Assembly: GCA_043799545.1 (NCBI GenBank)
Contig: JAZDNO010000004.1
Span: forward strand, 73,178 to 137,177
From: Methanobacteriota archaeon
GTDB taxonomy: Archaea > Thermoplasmatota > Thermoplasmata > SG8-5 > DAIRED01
DNA: 64,000 bases
Reading direction: 5' to 3'
Shown here: positions 38,381 to 49,017 of the stretch, piece by piece
How positions within the stretch are numbered: the first letter of the stretch is position 1
Layout of the letters: each line of letters opens with the position of its first letter
Position numbers and translations under genes: made by a program
Notes under the pieces: generated by a model
Database searches by the model: none
The model's input: the letters and a program-made list of their open reading frames with translations, nothing else
Told to the model about the DNA's origin: nothing

Positions 38381-38453
38381 GACCCCAAATGTGGATATCG
38401 GTATATTAGTATTAGGAAAAATATTTATATCGTTATAGCTCTCTGAAGAGAGC

Positions 38454-41400
38454 GTGATGAAGATAAGGGGGTCATTTGTTGGGAAAAAGATATTCTGCTG
38501 GTCATTGGCAATGTTGTCAATATCGGCCCTTTTAACCACGATATCCCATGACGCCGCAGCGATTCACGTGGACATTCCCGACCCGCCATTCGGCCAGTAC
38601 CCAGCAGGGTCTATAATTTCATTCCATATGAACATCTCTTTTGAAAGCGGAGAGATGGTTCCGATACAATCCCTGTCGGTGGTCCTCTCCGGGCCAACGG
38701 CAGCGACCAAGACGTTTGGCATCTCCGGCAACTTGACTTCAGGGCCAACGTGGATGACCGTCAGCCCTTTGTATGTTTCATCGACCGAAAGCTACGGGGA
38801 ACTCCACGGATACGACTACAGATACTGGAATGGCTATGGGTATGGATACGATTTCACATACGGGTACGGTTACGGCACATGGTTGAGTGCCTCGTATGAA
38901 ATTATAATCGACACCTCAACTCTCGCTCCGGGAAGCTACAGCGCAGTGGGTCGCGTGAATACGGGCAATCCAATTCATCAGTACTATGAGTCGAACGTTG
39001 GCTACTTCAACCTTGGAACGGTTTCGATAGCAGGATGCGTGCACAACGTCGACACCGGCGAGGATTTCGACACAATCCAGGCCGCGATAGACGACATCGA
39101 CACACTCGACGGGCACACCATCGAGGCCGAGGCGGGCATTTACAGGGAGAACGTGATTGTCTGCAAATCCGTTCGACTGGTGGGTGCCAGCGCAAACGGC
39201 ACGGTGATAGACGGCGGCTTGGGCAACGGAATCGAGGTTTACGCGAACGGAACATCAGTCAGCGGCTTCACGATTGCGAATTGCAGCTACGGACCCAATC
39301 AGACTGGCATTCTCGTCCGAGCGAACAACGTGGACATCCACGATAACACAATCGCAGGCAATGCGAGGGGAATCGCAATCGGCGTTCCGTCGACTGGGGG
39401 CACAACCAGCGTGATAGACACAACGGCAGATTTCGATGCGGGAACCAAAAGCAATTCCTCAGAAAACTATGAGGTGGAGACAAGTACTGATAACTTGGCA
39501 ATACAGGGTGGGACGTTGTCCTTGGGCAATCATTTCGGAGATTCCTTTACCACTCCAAGCTCGGATGCGATCACTTGGAAATGGGACAAGGCGAATCCCG
39601 ATGGAATAATACGCACCACTGTCAGGACTGAAAATATTATTGCCCAGGCGCTCCACCTGTATTCAAAAAATACTGGGGTCAGGGGTGGTACAAACGTCAA
39701 TTTGAACCAGCAATTGACAGGCGACATCGACATAAGGATTCGTGTAAACGGAATTAATGCTATGGCGGTTAACGCGAACGAATATGTCTCGATTAAGCTG
39801 TGGCAAAGTCCCACTAATTATGCGCATATGACTTACGGATACGATACCTCAAATTATATGCAGGCTCTTACAGTGGTAAATGGCGTGATGAATTTTACAA
39901 ATTATCATGATGGTTCTGATGTTGACCGGCTCTTCCGGATTGTAAGAAATGGGACGAAGATTACGACATATTATAAAATGGATGCAACCGCTGACATCAC
40001 TACCGATACAGGTTGGACTCAAGCCCGCCAGGATCCTGTTGGAACTGCAACTGGCCCCATGTGGGTGTCATTTGTCACATACACCGCAAATATATTAAAC
40101 TCGGAAGCCGAGGGATACTTCTATGACTTATTTATAAAACAGGGAACGATTGCCGACAGCTTCAGGACAAACGGGACTTGGACTTCCGCCGCGCAAAGCG
40201 TGCCGCCTTCGGAGGCACTTGATTCGACGACGATCAATTACTCGGGTGCCAGTAGCCAAAACTGCATAGATCGAGTCGAGTGGTCGATGAATGGCACAGT
40301 GATGGCATCGTATGACACAGATATAACGTCAGGGAACAGTATTACTATTTGGGAGTCCGACCTCACCACAGGTTCTTTCTTAAACATTAATGGAGCGTAC
40401 AATGTAAGACTTTTTTTGGTCGGAGACGGTAGCGGGTCCGTGATAGTGGATAAACTCCTCATAAACATGATCCCTCAAAGTCCAGTCAGCGTGATAGACA
40501 CAACGGCAGATTTCGATGCCGGAATCAAGAGCAGCTCCCTGGAGAACTATGAAATCGAAACAAGGACTGACAACCTGGCGATACACGATGGAACATTGTC
40601 CTTGGGCAGTCATTTCGGCGACTCGTTCACATGCCCTAGCGCGGACGCACTCACTTGGAAGTGGGAACGGATAGTTCCCGACGGCATGATATCCGCAACG
40701 GTGAGGACCAAGGAAATTACCGCTGGGACGCTCCACCTCTATGCAAAGAACACCGGTGTAAGAGGAGGGGAGCAGGTCAATCTGAACCAGCAAATTACTG
40801 GCAACTTCGACATCCGAGTTCACATGCGAGGGACGAGCGCAGCGGTTGTCAACCAGAACGAATACATCTGCCTGAGGATGTGGCAAAATTCGAACAACGG
40901 GGCTTTGATACAGTTCGGATACGATACAGCGAATTATATCCAGACGCAACTAAACGTGAACGGGGTTGCAGACATAGACACCCGACGCGACGGATTGGAT
41001 GTGGACCGGCTCGTCAGAATAGTGAGGGACGGGTCGAACATCGCCGCTTATTACAAGCTCGATGGAGGGGCGGACATCACTTCCGACACGGGTTGGACTC
41101 TGACCTGCCAGAAGGCAGTCGGCACGGCGACCGGTCCGATGTCGGCGATATTGTACGTTTACACGTCGCAATTTTTCAATTCGGAAATCGACGGATATTT
41201 CGACGACGTGTATGTGAAACAGGGAACGATTGCCGACAGCTTCAGGACAAACGGAACTTGGACTTCCGCCGAACAAACCGTACCCCTTACGGACGCATTT
41301 GATTCGACGACAATTAATTACTCGGGTGCAAGCCCGCAGAACTGCATCGACCGTGTGGAGTGGCTGGTCAACGGCACAGTGATGGCATCGTACGACACCG

Positions 41401-42653
41401 ATGTGACGTCAGGCAACAGCATCACGATTTCGGAATCCGACCTCTCGACGGGATCCTATTCGGGCATCAATGGAGCGTACAACGTCCGGTTCTGCCTGGT
41501 TGGAGACGGCAGCGGGTCCGCAATAGTGGATAAAATCGAACTCGAAACCCATGCGACGGGCCCGTATTGCTACAACAACACAATTTTCCACAACAATTTC
41601 ATAGCGAATGGCATTCAGGCATTGGACTATTCTGCGGGCAACGCGTGGGACGATGGGTATCCGTCCGGGGGCAATTACTGGAGCGACTACAACGGCACGG
41701 ATGTTTATTCCGGGCCGAGCCAGAACATCTCCGGGAGCGACGGCATTGGCGATACGCCATACACGAACATACAAGGTGGCGCGGGCGCGCTTGACAACTA
41801 TCCCCTGATGGAGCCCTTGCCTCCCGAACCCGTCCCCGACACCTCGCCTCCAATCCATTTCGACGAGACTCCCCAGCCGGGCGGCGCCTCGACGAACCTG
41901 ACCCCCGTCATCTCCGTGCACGTCGCCGACCCGTCCGGCGTGGACCTGGCAACCATCAGGCTGTACGTGGACGGCTTCTGCATCTTTTACGAAGCTGTTC
42001 CTACCGTCGACGGCTTCATAGTTTCGTACTGGCACGAGATGGGTTTCGCTTTCGGAGCAAACGTCACATGCATGATTGTGGCGTCGGACACCCTGGGAAA
42101 CGCCATGGAATACACGTGGCAATTCACCGCGTCATCGGGCCAAGCAATCCCCGTCGCGCTCGGATGGAACCTGATTTCGATACCCGTGACCCAGAACTCG
42201 ACGTCTCTGCCAGGCTGCCTCGCCGACCTCTTGGGCGATACGTTGTGGGACCGGGTCATGTGGTACGATTCATCCGACATTTCGGACCATTGGAAGCAGT
42301 ACAACGCGAACTGGCCGTCCTCCATGAACGACCTTTACAACATCGACCCTTCGATGGGCGTCTGGATAAACGTGACCGTTCCGGGCGACGGGCTGATCAC
42401 GATATGCGGGACGCCGCCAACAGCCACAATCGTACATCTCCGTGCGGGCTGGAACATGGTCGGTTACCCCAGCCTGAACAGCAACGTCACAGTAGCCATG
42501 GCCTTCTGGGGGACGACCGTGAGCATAGTCGAGGCCTTCGACCCGGGCGCGCCGTACCGCACGCGCGCCGTAGGCTCGAAGTACGTGATGAATCCATACG
42601 AGGGCTACTGGGTGTACGCAGTGGCGGATTCTGTGTGGGCTGTGGACTGGTGA
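38454..42653 (+). CDS. Secreted surface protein: GYGYG-rich N-domain, NosD beta-helix interrupted by a duplicated 360-aa domain, Ig-like domain, GWN-type C-terminal domain
   Basis: Signal peptide; YWNGYGYGYDFTYGYGYG; FDTIQAAIDD..GIYRENV; GNYWSDYNG..DGIGDTPY..DNYPL; LGWNLISIP and AGWNMVGYP. Confidence 0.88.
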   Translation: MMKIRGSFVGKKIFCWSLAMLSISALLTTISHDAAAIHVDIPDPPFGQYPAGSIISFHMNISFESGEMVPIQSLSVVLSGPTAATKTFGISGNLTSGPTWMTVSPLYVSSTESYGELHGYDYRYWNGYGYGYDFTYGYGYGTWLSASYEIIIDTSTLAPGSYSAVGRVNTGNPIHQYYESNVGYFNLGTVSIAGCVHNVDTGEDFDTIQAAIDDIDTLDGHTIEAEAGIYRENVIVCKSVRLVGASANGTVIDGGLGNGIEVYANGTSVSGFTIANCSYGPNQTGILVRANNVDIHDNTIAGNARGIAIGVPSTGGTTSVIDTTADFDAGTKSNSSENYEVETSTDNLAIQGGTLSLGNHFGDSFTTPSSDAITWKWDKANPDGIIRTTVRTENIIAQALHLYSKNTGVRGGTNVNLNQQLTGDIDIRIRVNGINAMAVNANEYVSIKLWQSPTNYAHMTYGYDTSNYMQALTVVNGVMNFTNYHDGSDVDRLFRIVRNGTKITTYYKMDATADITTDTGWTQARQDPVGTATGPMWVSFVTYTANILNSEAEGYFYDLFIKQGTIADSFRTNGTWTSAAQSVPPSEALDSTTINYSGASSQNCIDRVEWSMNGTVMASYDTDITSGNSITIWESDLTTGSFLNINGAYNVRLFLVGDGSGSVIVDKLLINMIPQSPVSVIDTTADFDAGIKSSSLENYEIETRTDNLAIHDGTLSLGSHFGDSFTCPSADALTWKWERIVPDGMISATVRTKEITAGTLHLYAKNTGVRGGEQVNLNQQITGNFDIRVHMRGTSAAVVNQNEYICLRMWQNSNNGALIQFGYDTANYIQTQLNVNGVADIDTRRDGLDVDRLVRIVRDGSNIAAYYKLDGGADITSDTGWTLTCQKAVGTATGPMSAILYVYTSQFFNSEIDGYFDDVYVKQGTIADSFRTNGTWTSAEQTVPLTDAFDSTTINYSGASPQNCIDRVEWLVNGTVMASYDTDVTSGNSITISESDLSTGSYSGINGAYNVRFCLVGDGSGSAIVDKIELETHATGPYCYNNTIFHNNFIANGIQALDYSAGNAWDDGYPSGGNYWSDYNGTDVYSGPSQNISGSDGIGDTPYTNIQGGAGALDNYPLMEPLPPEPVPDTSPPIHFDETPQPGGASTNLTPVISVHVADPSGVDLATIRLYVDGFCIFYEAVPTVDGFIVSYWHEMGFAFGANVTCMIVASDTLGNAMEYTWQFTASSGQAIPVALGWNLISIPVTQNSTSLPGCLADLLGDTLWDRVMWYDSSDISDHWKQYNANWPSSMNDLYNIDPSMGVWINVTVPGDGLITICGTPPTATIVHLRAGWNMVGYPSLNSNVTVAMAFWGTTVSIVEAFDPGAPYRTRAVGSKYVMNPYEGYWVYAVADSVWAVDW
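39407..41534 (+). repeat. Intragenic tandem duplication, period 1080 nt
   Basis: 33-nt identity 39407-39439 = 40487-40519; 38-nt identity 40137-40174 = 41217-41254; central segments diverged. Confidence 0.92.
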
Positions 42654-42690
42654 GCGCAACCCCTATCTACCACGAAACCCATCCACCATC

Positions 42691-43425
42691 GTGCTAGAGA
42701 TTGCCCTGTACGATTTGCTGGCAACAGCAGCCATCTGCGCGGCGCTGGCCGGGCTCGCCTACTGGCGCGACCTGCTGACCCTGGCGGGCTCCGCCGGCGC
42801 CTTCGCCATGGGTTTAGTCATTGGCGTTTTCGGTGGCGTCGAGTGGGTTCTGGTACTATTGGTATTCCTCGTATCCAGCTTCGCCGCCACGCGCTACGGC
42901 TTTGAGGCGAAGCGCGCGATGGGCCAGCAGGAGGGAAGGAGGGGCGAGCGCGGCCTGGTCAACGTTGCCGCCAACGGTTTCGTCGCATGCCTTGCGGCGG
43001 CGGCGTATCCGTGGGTCGGCGAACCCGCTGCGGTGCTCTTCCTCGTTGCGGTCGCTTCGGCGGCATCGGACACTCTTGCTTCCGAGCTGGGGGTGCTCTC
43101 CCCGAATGCCTACTTGATAACCAATGGCAGGAGGGTCGCGCCCGGCACGAACGGGGGGGTCTCGCTCGGCGGCACCGCCTGGGCGCTCGTCGCCGCGGCC
43201 TATGTTTCGCTAGTCGGGGCGGCGTTCTTGGGGTGGGCAGGCGCGATGGCGTGGACGCCGCTCAACGTCGCGCTGCCGGTGCTGGCCGGCTTCCTGGGAT
43301 GCAACGTGGACAGCGTGCTGGGAGCCACGCTGGAGACTCGGGGCTACCTGACGAAGCTAACAAATAACCTTGCGTCTATAGCCCTAGCGACCGCGCTAGC
43401 GGCGGTGGTGATGTTCCTTGCCTGA
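42691..43425 (+). CDS. DUF92/TIGR00297 (TMEM19-like) membrane protein
   Basis: LTLAGS.GA, FLVSSFAATRY, RG..NV.ANG, ASAASDTLASELG, PGTNGGVS.GGT, DSVLGATLE. Confidence 0.9.
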   Translation: MLEIALYDLLATAAICAALAGLAYWRDLLTLAGSAGAFAMGLVIGVFGGVEWVLVLLVFLVSSFAATRYGFEAKRAMGQQEGRRGERGLVNVAANGFVACLAAAAYPWVGEPAAVLFLVAVASAASDTLASELGVLSPNAYLITNGRRVAPGTNGGVSLGGTAWALVAAAYVSLVGAAFLGWAGAMAWTPLNVALPVLAGFLGCNVDSVLGATLETRGYLTKLTNNLASIALATALAAVVMFLA

Positions 43426-44614
43426 ACACGGGAAGATGATGATGGTGATATGCGACGGGATGGGCGACAGGCCGTGCGTTGAACTCGGGGGGATGACGCC
43501 TCTCCAGAGGGCCGAGGCTCCGTTCATGGACAGCCTGGCCAGAAAAGGGATGTCCGGCCTCATGCACACCGTAGGCGTCGGGCGCGTGCCCGGAAGCGAC
43601 ACGGCGCATCTCGCGCTTCTGGGATACGACCCCGAGACCACATACACCGGCCGCGGCCCGTTCGAGGCCATGGGCGCCGGCGTCGAGGTGAAGCCAGGCG
43701 ACGTGGCTTTCAGGTGCAACTTCGCCACCGTCGAGAACGGGATTGTGAAGGACCGCCGCGCAGGTCGCATACGAGAAGGCACGGAGAAGCTGGCCGCGGC
43801 TCTCGACGGCATGAAGCTAGGCGGGGCCGAAGTCATTTTCAGGGCCGGCGTGGAGCACCGCGCGATACTCCTCCTGAGAGGCGCTGGCCTCAGCTCGAAA
43901 ATCACGGACACCGACCCGCACGCCGAAGGGGTGGCGATACTGGCTTCAAAGGCGACCTCGAAGGAGGGGGAGAAGACCGCCAAGGCGCTGAACGAGTTCA
44001 CGAAGCGCTCGATCGATGCCCTGGCGAAGTTCGACAGCCCCGCGAACGCCGTTCTCGTCCGGGGCGGCGGGCTCGTGCCGCACGTCCAGAAGTTCTCGGA
44101 GCGCTACAACATGAAGGGATCCGCAGTCGTCGGTATCACCCTCGTCAAGGGGATATGCAACTTCGCAGGCCTGGACGCCGTGAACGTCAAGGGGGCGACG
44201 GGCAGCGTCGACACGGATTACGACGCCAAGGCGATGGCTGCCGCCAAGGCGCTCGACGGCCACGATTTCGTGCTCCTCCATTACAAGGCTCCGGACATCT
44301 ACGGCCACGATGCAAACCCGCAGGGCAAGGTCGATGTCATTGAGAGGATAGATTCCGCGCTGGGCAAGGCTTTCAAAGGACGGGACGACGCCGTGATTGC
44401 GCTCACGGCTGACCACTCCACCCCATGCTCGGCGAAGGACCACACGGCTGACCCGGTTCCTCTCGTAATCTCAGCGCCCTGGCTAAGGAAGGACAGGGTC
44501 GAGTGCTTCGACGAAATATCGGCCGCGGAGGGAGCGCTCGGAAACATCCAGGGCAAGGATTTGCTCGCGATGATGATGGGTTACGCCAACAGGGCCGAGA
44601 AGTTCGGAGCTTGA
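43418..44614 (+). CDS. apgM: 2,3-bisphosphoglycerate-independent phosphoglycerate mutase (archaeal type)
   Basis: DGMGDRP..LGGMTPL, PGSDTAHL.LLGYDP, TGRGPFEA.G, DRRAGRI, TADHSTP..HTADPVP. Confidence 0.95.
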   Translation: MPEHGKMMMVICDGMGDRPCVELGGMTPLQRAEAPFMDSLARKGMSGLMHTVGVGRVPGSDTAHLALLGYDPETTYTGRGPFEAMGAGVEVKPGDVAFRCNFATVENGIVKDRRAGRIREGTEKLAAALDGMKLGGAEVIFRAGVEHRAILLLRGAGLSSKITDTDPHAEGVAILASKATSKEGEKTAKALNEFTKRSIDALAKFDSPANAVLVRGGGLVPHVQKFSERYNMKGSAVVGITLVKGICNFAGLDAVNVKGATGSVDTDYDAKAMAAAKALDGHDFVLLHYKAPDIYGHDANPQGKVDVIERIDSALGKAFKGRDDAVIALTADHSTPCSAKDHTADPVPLVISAPWLRKDRVECFDEISAAEGALGNIQGKDLLAMMMGYANRAEKFGA

Positions 44615-44657
44615 GCAAGGCTGGGAAAGAAACCGATGGTTTACCGCCGGATGGGGC

Positions 44658-45104
44658 CTACTTCTCCTCTTCGGGCTCTTCCTCGGGCTTCCCGCGGTTG
44701 CGCCAGATGTCGTCGGTGACGTCCTGGTAGACCATACCGGGGTCTTCCAGCGCCACTCGCTCCTTCTCCCTCGCGGTCTTGACCAGCTCGAGAATCTTGT
44801 CCTTGCGGAAAAGCCAGTAGTGGATGCGCCACTCGCGGCCGTCATAGAGCGTCGTCTCCTCGCGCTCGGTTGTGAGCAGGCCGGAGTCCTCCAGCATGTA
44901 GAACGCGTCGCGGTCCTCCGGCTCCAGGATGTTGTCTATGATGCGCTCGCTGTATCCGAAAAAGTTGAGGACGTGCTGCGCCATCGAGCGGGCCTCTTCG
45001 TCCTTCATGCCCTCGCGGTCGATGCTGTTCCTGATGGCTCTGGTAAGGTCGTCCACAGTCAGGGTGCTCACGTACCCCTTCCTGGTCTTTGTCATTATGT
45101 TCAT
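44658..45104 (-). CDS. Conserved Thermoplasmatota protein (DUF6015-like)
   Basis: NFFGYSERIIDNILEPEDRDAFYMLED.GLL..EREETTLYDGREWRIHYW. Confidence 0.7.
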   Translation of the reverse strand: MNIMTKTRKGYVSTLTVDDLTRAIRNSIDREGMKDEEARSMAQHVLNFFGYSERIIDNILEPEDRDAFYMLEDSGLLTTEREETTLYDGREWRIHYWLFRKDKILELVKTAREKERVALEDPGMVYQDVTDDIWRNRGKPEEEPEEEK

Positions 45105-45271
45105 TCGCGTGCCCCCCCGGGGTGCTAGCCCACTAACTGTGATAGATATTAGAAAATGGGGTTATAAATATGTTTCGTGACATAGTATATCAATGCGGGG
45201 GGGTCGCCGGGCGGCGGCGAAAACGGGCGCACCGCAAACCTTTATCACCACATATGGCAATCCTCGCCCCG

Positions 45272-46447
45272 ATGTTCGAATCGTACCAGTCGCGCATCAT
45301 CAAGGATTCGTCGAAGCTCTCGTTCGACTACGTCCCAGACAAGCTTGCTCACCGGGACGAGCAGATGCGCCGCCTCTTCTCTCTTTTCAGGCCAGTCCTC
45401 GACGGCGTGGGCGCCAACGCCTTCCTCGTGGGGAGCGTGGGCACGGGCAAGACAGCACTTTCCAAGCGTTTCTGCCTCGATTTCAAGGCCCACTGCGCGG
45501 CCAAAGGCAAGGCGCTGGACCACGTCCTCGTGAACTGCAGGCAGCGCGGGACGGACTCCGCGGCGCTGCTGAGAATCGTGCAGCACTTCCAGCCCCATTT
45601 CCCGGACAGGGGCTTCTCAACCGCGGAGATGCTGGACATCCTGCGCAAGGACCTGGACAGGTCCGGCGCGCACCTCGTGGTCATACTGGACGAGGTGGAC
45701 GTCCTGCTGAAGAGGAGCGGCTCGGACCTCGTCTACTCTCTGGCGCGGTTCGACGACGAGCGCGCGGTGCCCAAAGGCCGCGTCTCGATAATCATGATAT
45801 CCCAGAAGTGGGCGCTCGACCTGCTGGACCCGGCGGCGCTGTCGACGTTCAAGCGCGGCAACGCGGTGGAGCTGGGCAAGTACGGCGCCTCGGAGCTGGC
45901 GGACATCGTCAGGGAAAGGGCGAAGCTGGCGATGCACCCCGGCGTCGTGGACGACGATGCGATGGCACTCATAGGCGACATCGCGTCCGAGTGGGGAGAC
46001 GCGCGCTTCGCAATCGAGCTTCTGGACAAGGCGGGGATGCTGGCCGAGGAGGCCGGGGCCGAGCTTGTGGTCGCAGAGCACGTCCGCGCGGCCAAGGCCG
46101 AGACCAACCCTGTCGTCACGGAGGACAAGCTCGCGGAGCTGGACAGGGGGAAGGCGCTCGCATTGCTGGGAGTGGCCCGAAGCCTCAGGAGGGCGACGTA
46201 CGCCGCCACTGGGGAGATTGAGAAGAACTATGCCGTCGCGTGCGAGGAGTTCGGAGAGAGGCCCCGCGCGCACACGCAGTTCTGGGGCTACCTGAAGGAG
46301 CTGGACTCCCTGGGTTTCGTGGAGGCGAAGGTTTCCGGCGCGGGCACGGCCGGCCGCACGACGATGGTCTCCCTGCCAGATGTTCCCGCCAAGGTGCTGG
46401 AGGCCCGCCTGGTTGACATTTTAACAAAAGGGCATGGGAAAAAATAA
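45272..46447 (+). CDS. cdc6: Orc1/Cdc6 replication initiator
   Basis: FDYVPDKL.HRDEQ, GSVGTGKT, VILDEVD, GDARFAIELL, C-terminal wHTH; start could alternatively be 45254. Confidence 0.95.
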   Translation: MFESYQSRIIKDSSKLSFDYVPDKLAHRDEQMRRLFSLFRPVLDGVGANAFLVGSVGTGKTALSKRFCLDFKAHCAAKGKALDHVLVNCRQRGTDSAALLRIVQHFQPHFPDRGFSTAEMLDILRKDLDRSGAHLVVILDEVDVLLKRSGSDLVYSLARFDDERAVPKGRVSIIMISQKWALDLLDPAALSTFKRGNAVELGKYGASELADIVRERAKLAMHPGVVDDDAMALIGDIASEWGDARFAIELLDKAGMLAEEAGAELVVAEHVRAAKAETNPVVTEDKLAELDRGKALALLGVARSLRRATYAATGEIEKNYAVACEEFGERPRAHTQFWGYLKELDSLGFVEAKVSGAGTAGRTTMVSLPDVPAKVLEARLVDILTKGHGKK

Positions 46448-46464
46448 TAAAGCCCCCCGGCATC

Positions 46465-47031
46465 ATGCAATTGACTCAGATGACCGAGCTTGGGAAAAAC
46501 AAGCCGCACCAGATGCGCGAGGGGACTTGCTACCTCGTAAAGGAGGGGAAGCCGCTCCTCAGCTTCGCGCTTTTCGAGATGATGCTGGCGGACGGCGCGC
46601 GCGGGCTATGCATCACGCGCCAGTATCCCCAGCGCCTTAGGGAGCGGTACAAGCTTGGCGCCGCCAGGGCGCTCTGGCTGAGCCAGACCCCCGGGCCGGA
46701 GAGCCACAACCCCACGAGCATCGGCGCGCTGGCCACCGTCGTCTCCCGCTACATCGAGGAGAGCCACGACTCGGCCATCATCCTCGACGGGATAGAGTAC
46801 CTGGTCGTGAACAACGGATTCGCCCAGGTCCTGAAGTTCGTAGAGCACGTGAACGAGATGGTCATGCGCTCCCGCGCAATCATGATTATACCCGTGAGCC
46901 CGGACGCATTCGACAAGAGGGAGATGGCGCTCCTGGAGCGCAACATGGACGTCATCGAGTCGCCGCTCGTCCAGATAGGGAAGCCCCCGGCGAAGAAGGA
47001 GAACGTCGACGAGCTGCTGGACAAATACTGA
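46465..47031 (+). CDS. DUF835-domain (inactive KaiC-like) protein
   Basis: GLCITRQYP, WLS, IILDGIEYLVVNNGF..VLKFV..VNE. Confidence 0.88.
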   Translation: MQLTQMTELGKNKPHQMREGTCYLVKEGKPLLSFALFEMMLADGARGLCITRQYPQRLRERYKLGAARALWLSQTPGPESHNPTSIGALATVVSRYIEESHDSAIILDGIEYLVVNNGFAQVLKFVEHVNEMVMRSRAIMIIPVSPDAFDKREMALLERNMDVIESPLVQIGKPPAKKENVDELLDKY

Positions 47032-47052
47032 AAAGGTTTTTTCGAAGGGAGG

Positions 47053-49017
47053 TTACGGCAGGTCGACGCTGCAGAGCTCGGAGAAGTCCGCCAGCGACGT
47101 TCCCTTGAGCATCATGTTCGAGACCGTGTACATCGTGTCGCCGATGTAGAACGAGCGCCTGACCGGGTTGTAAGCGTTGTACTGGTGGTAACCGTAGCTG
47201 TAATCGTACTGCGTTTCGGCCTCGACGTTGTGCGATATCTTGCCCGCTATCTTTATCCCGCCTTCTGGGGTGATGTTGAAGACGTAGGCTCCGTACCACA
47301 TGTCGCCGTAGCCGTAGGGGCCGTTTCCGCCCTCGTACACCTCCATTGGCACCGTGAGCTGGCTCCTCTCTGGGTCGAAGAGGAAGGCGTGAGGGTCGTA
47401 GAGCGCAGCCGACTCGGAGCCTCTGTCGCCGACGACTATCGAGTCCACCTCCTTCGGGTCGCTTGCGTCGCCGACGTCGAACAGGGCTATCTTCACTCCC
47501 TGGTACCAGGCGAAGTCGCCGTTCTCGGAATCTACCGCGTCCTTGCCTATGCCGATGATGTGGTTCTCGTCGTATGGGTGCAGGTAGGTCGAGTAGCCAG
47601 GTATCTTGAGCTCGCCCAGCACCGTCGGCTCCTCCGGGTCCGAGAGGTCAATCACGAAGAGCGGGTCCACCTGCCTGAAGGTGACCACGTAGCCGCGGTC
47701 GCCGATGAACCTGGCCGAGTATATCCGCTCCCCGGGAGCGATGTCGTCGACCTTGCCGACGGTCTCCATGCCCATGTCCAGGACAGTCACGTGGCTCTCA
47801 GACATCCAGCCGCTCGTAGTCGCGAGCCTGAGGTGTCCGCCGTGCTCGTCCATGCAGTACCTGTTAAGGAGGCTCCCCTCCGCCTCGCCCCTGGCGGCGT
47901 AGGATATACCGTCCCCCTCGACCGAGAGCCTGTGCACCACGGTCATCTCGGAGGACGAACTTCCCCAGTAGTTGGCATTGTTGTATTCCCGCTCCGTGTA
48001 TGTTATGTAGATGTTCCCCAGCGTGAAGAGGACGTTGTTTGAGCCTGCCATGACGACGTGCAGGACGCTGGGCTCCCTCTCCGGGGCTGAGAGGTTGACG
48101 ACCGCGAACTCAGTGAGCCTGTAGTCCCCGCCCTCGCCGTCCACGTGGTATATCTCCGCGCACTTGGCCGGCAGGTCCGTCTCGTTCTCGATGCCGTAGA
48201 GGGAGACTTCGCCTATCAGGTATATCCTGTCGCCGACGACTCGGGATGTGACGTACTGGCCGTCGGTCCTGACCGTCTTGACCAGCGACGGAGCTGAGGC
48301 GTTGCTCACGTCGTAGACGCTCACGAAGAGTATCGGCTCGTTCGAGTATGCGTAGCTCGATTTGGATATCCCGCCCTCGAAGTAGTACGCCTGCTCCACT
48401 ATCACGAGCCTGTCCCCGTCGAGGTAGAGCTCGATAGCCTGCCCAGTCACGTCTATCGCGCATAGCATGCCCGCCTCGGCGGCCGGGCCGACCCTGACGA
48501 CCTGCACGCTGCCACCGTCCGGCGTGATGAGGTAAGCGAACTCGCCGTCGTTCTTCAGGACGTCCCCTTCGTCGACGCCTGCGACCTGTACGTTCGTCAC
48601 GGAGTAGCCGCCGTTGACCTCACAAACCGTAGCGCCGTTCGGTTCGCCGCTTCCAGCGGCCGAATCCAACCCGCTGAAGCTGAGAGCGCCTGATGGCGCG
48701 GCTTGGTCGATGCGGTCCATCTCGTAGTACCCTCCGTTCTGGTAGTAGTAATGCGCGTTCCCTATGTATTCGCCCATCTCGTCGAACGATTCGAAAGTCT
48801 CCAGTCCAGTCGAGTTGATTGCGGCGCCGTCGAAGAGGTCTATGGACCTCGTTTCCCCTCCGGATGCCGCGCTCGCGCCGCTCGGGTAGACGGGCACGTA
48901 CACAGGATAGTACTGCATCCTCGCATCTTCATGGCTCAATGCCACCATCATCGCCGACAGGGACACGCACACCGCAATGACGACGGCTACCGGTCCGACC
49001 GCTCCCTTTCCCCACAT
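47053..49017 (-). CDS. Membrane-anchored secreted protein with beta-propeller (Beta_propel-type)
   Basis: TNVQVAGVDEGDVLKNDG, YCMDEHGGHLRLATT, PGERIYSARF, FRQVDPLFVIDL, GELKIPGYSTYLHP. Confidence 0.92.
   Translation of the reverse strand: MWGKGAVGPVAVVIAVCVSLSAMMVALSHEDARMQYYPVYVPVYPSGASAASGGETRSIDLFDGAAINSTGLETFESFDEMGEYIGNAHYYYQNGGYYEMDRIDQAAPSGALSFSGLDSAAGSGEPNGATVCEVNGGYSVTNVQVAGVDEGDVLKNDGEFAYLITPDGGSVQVVRVGPAAEAGMLCAIDVTGQAIELYLDGDRLVIVEQAYYFEGGISKSSYAYSNEPILFVSVYDVSNASAPSLVKTVRTDGQYVTSRVVGDRIYLIGEVSLYGIENETDLPAKCAEIYHVDGEGGDYRLTEFAVVNLSAPEREPSVLHVVMAGSNNVLFTLGNIYITYTEREYNNANYWGSSSSEMTVVHRLSVEGDGISYAARGEAEGSLLNRYCMDEHGGHLRLATTSGWMSESHVTVLDMGMETVGKVDDIAPGERIYSARFIGDRGYVVTFRQVDPLFVIDLSDPEEPTVLGELKIPGYSTYLHPYDENHIIGIGKDAVDSENGDFAWYQGVKIALFDVGDASDPKEVDSIVVGDRGSESAALYDPHAFLFDPERSQLTVPMEVYEGGNGPYGYGDMWYGAYVFNITPEGGIKIAGKISHNVEAETQYDYSYGYHQYNAYNPVRRSFYIGDTMYTVSNMMLKGTSLADFSELCSVDLP

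Noticed and set aside
38381-38539. N-terminal extension of the 36629 membrane-protein ORF
   Set aside because: Overlaps the divergent gene and its promoter; ATG 38380 is the more plausible start.
45104-45272. Replication origin next to cdc6
   Set aside because: No ORB-like TTCCAGTGGAAA/G-string repeats seen in the short intergenic region.
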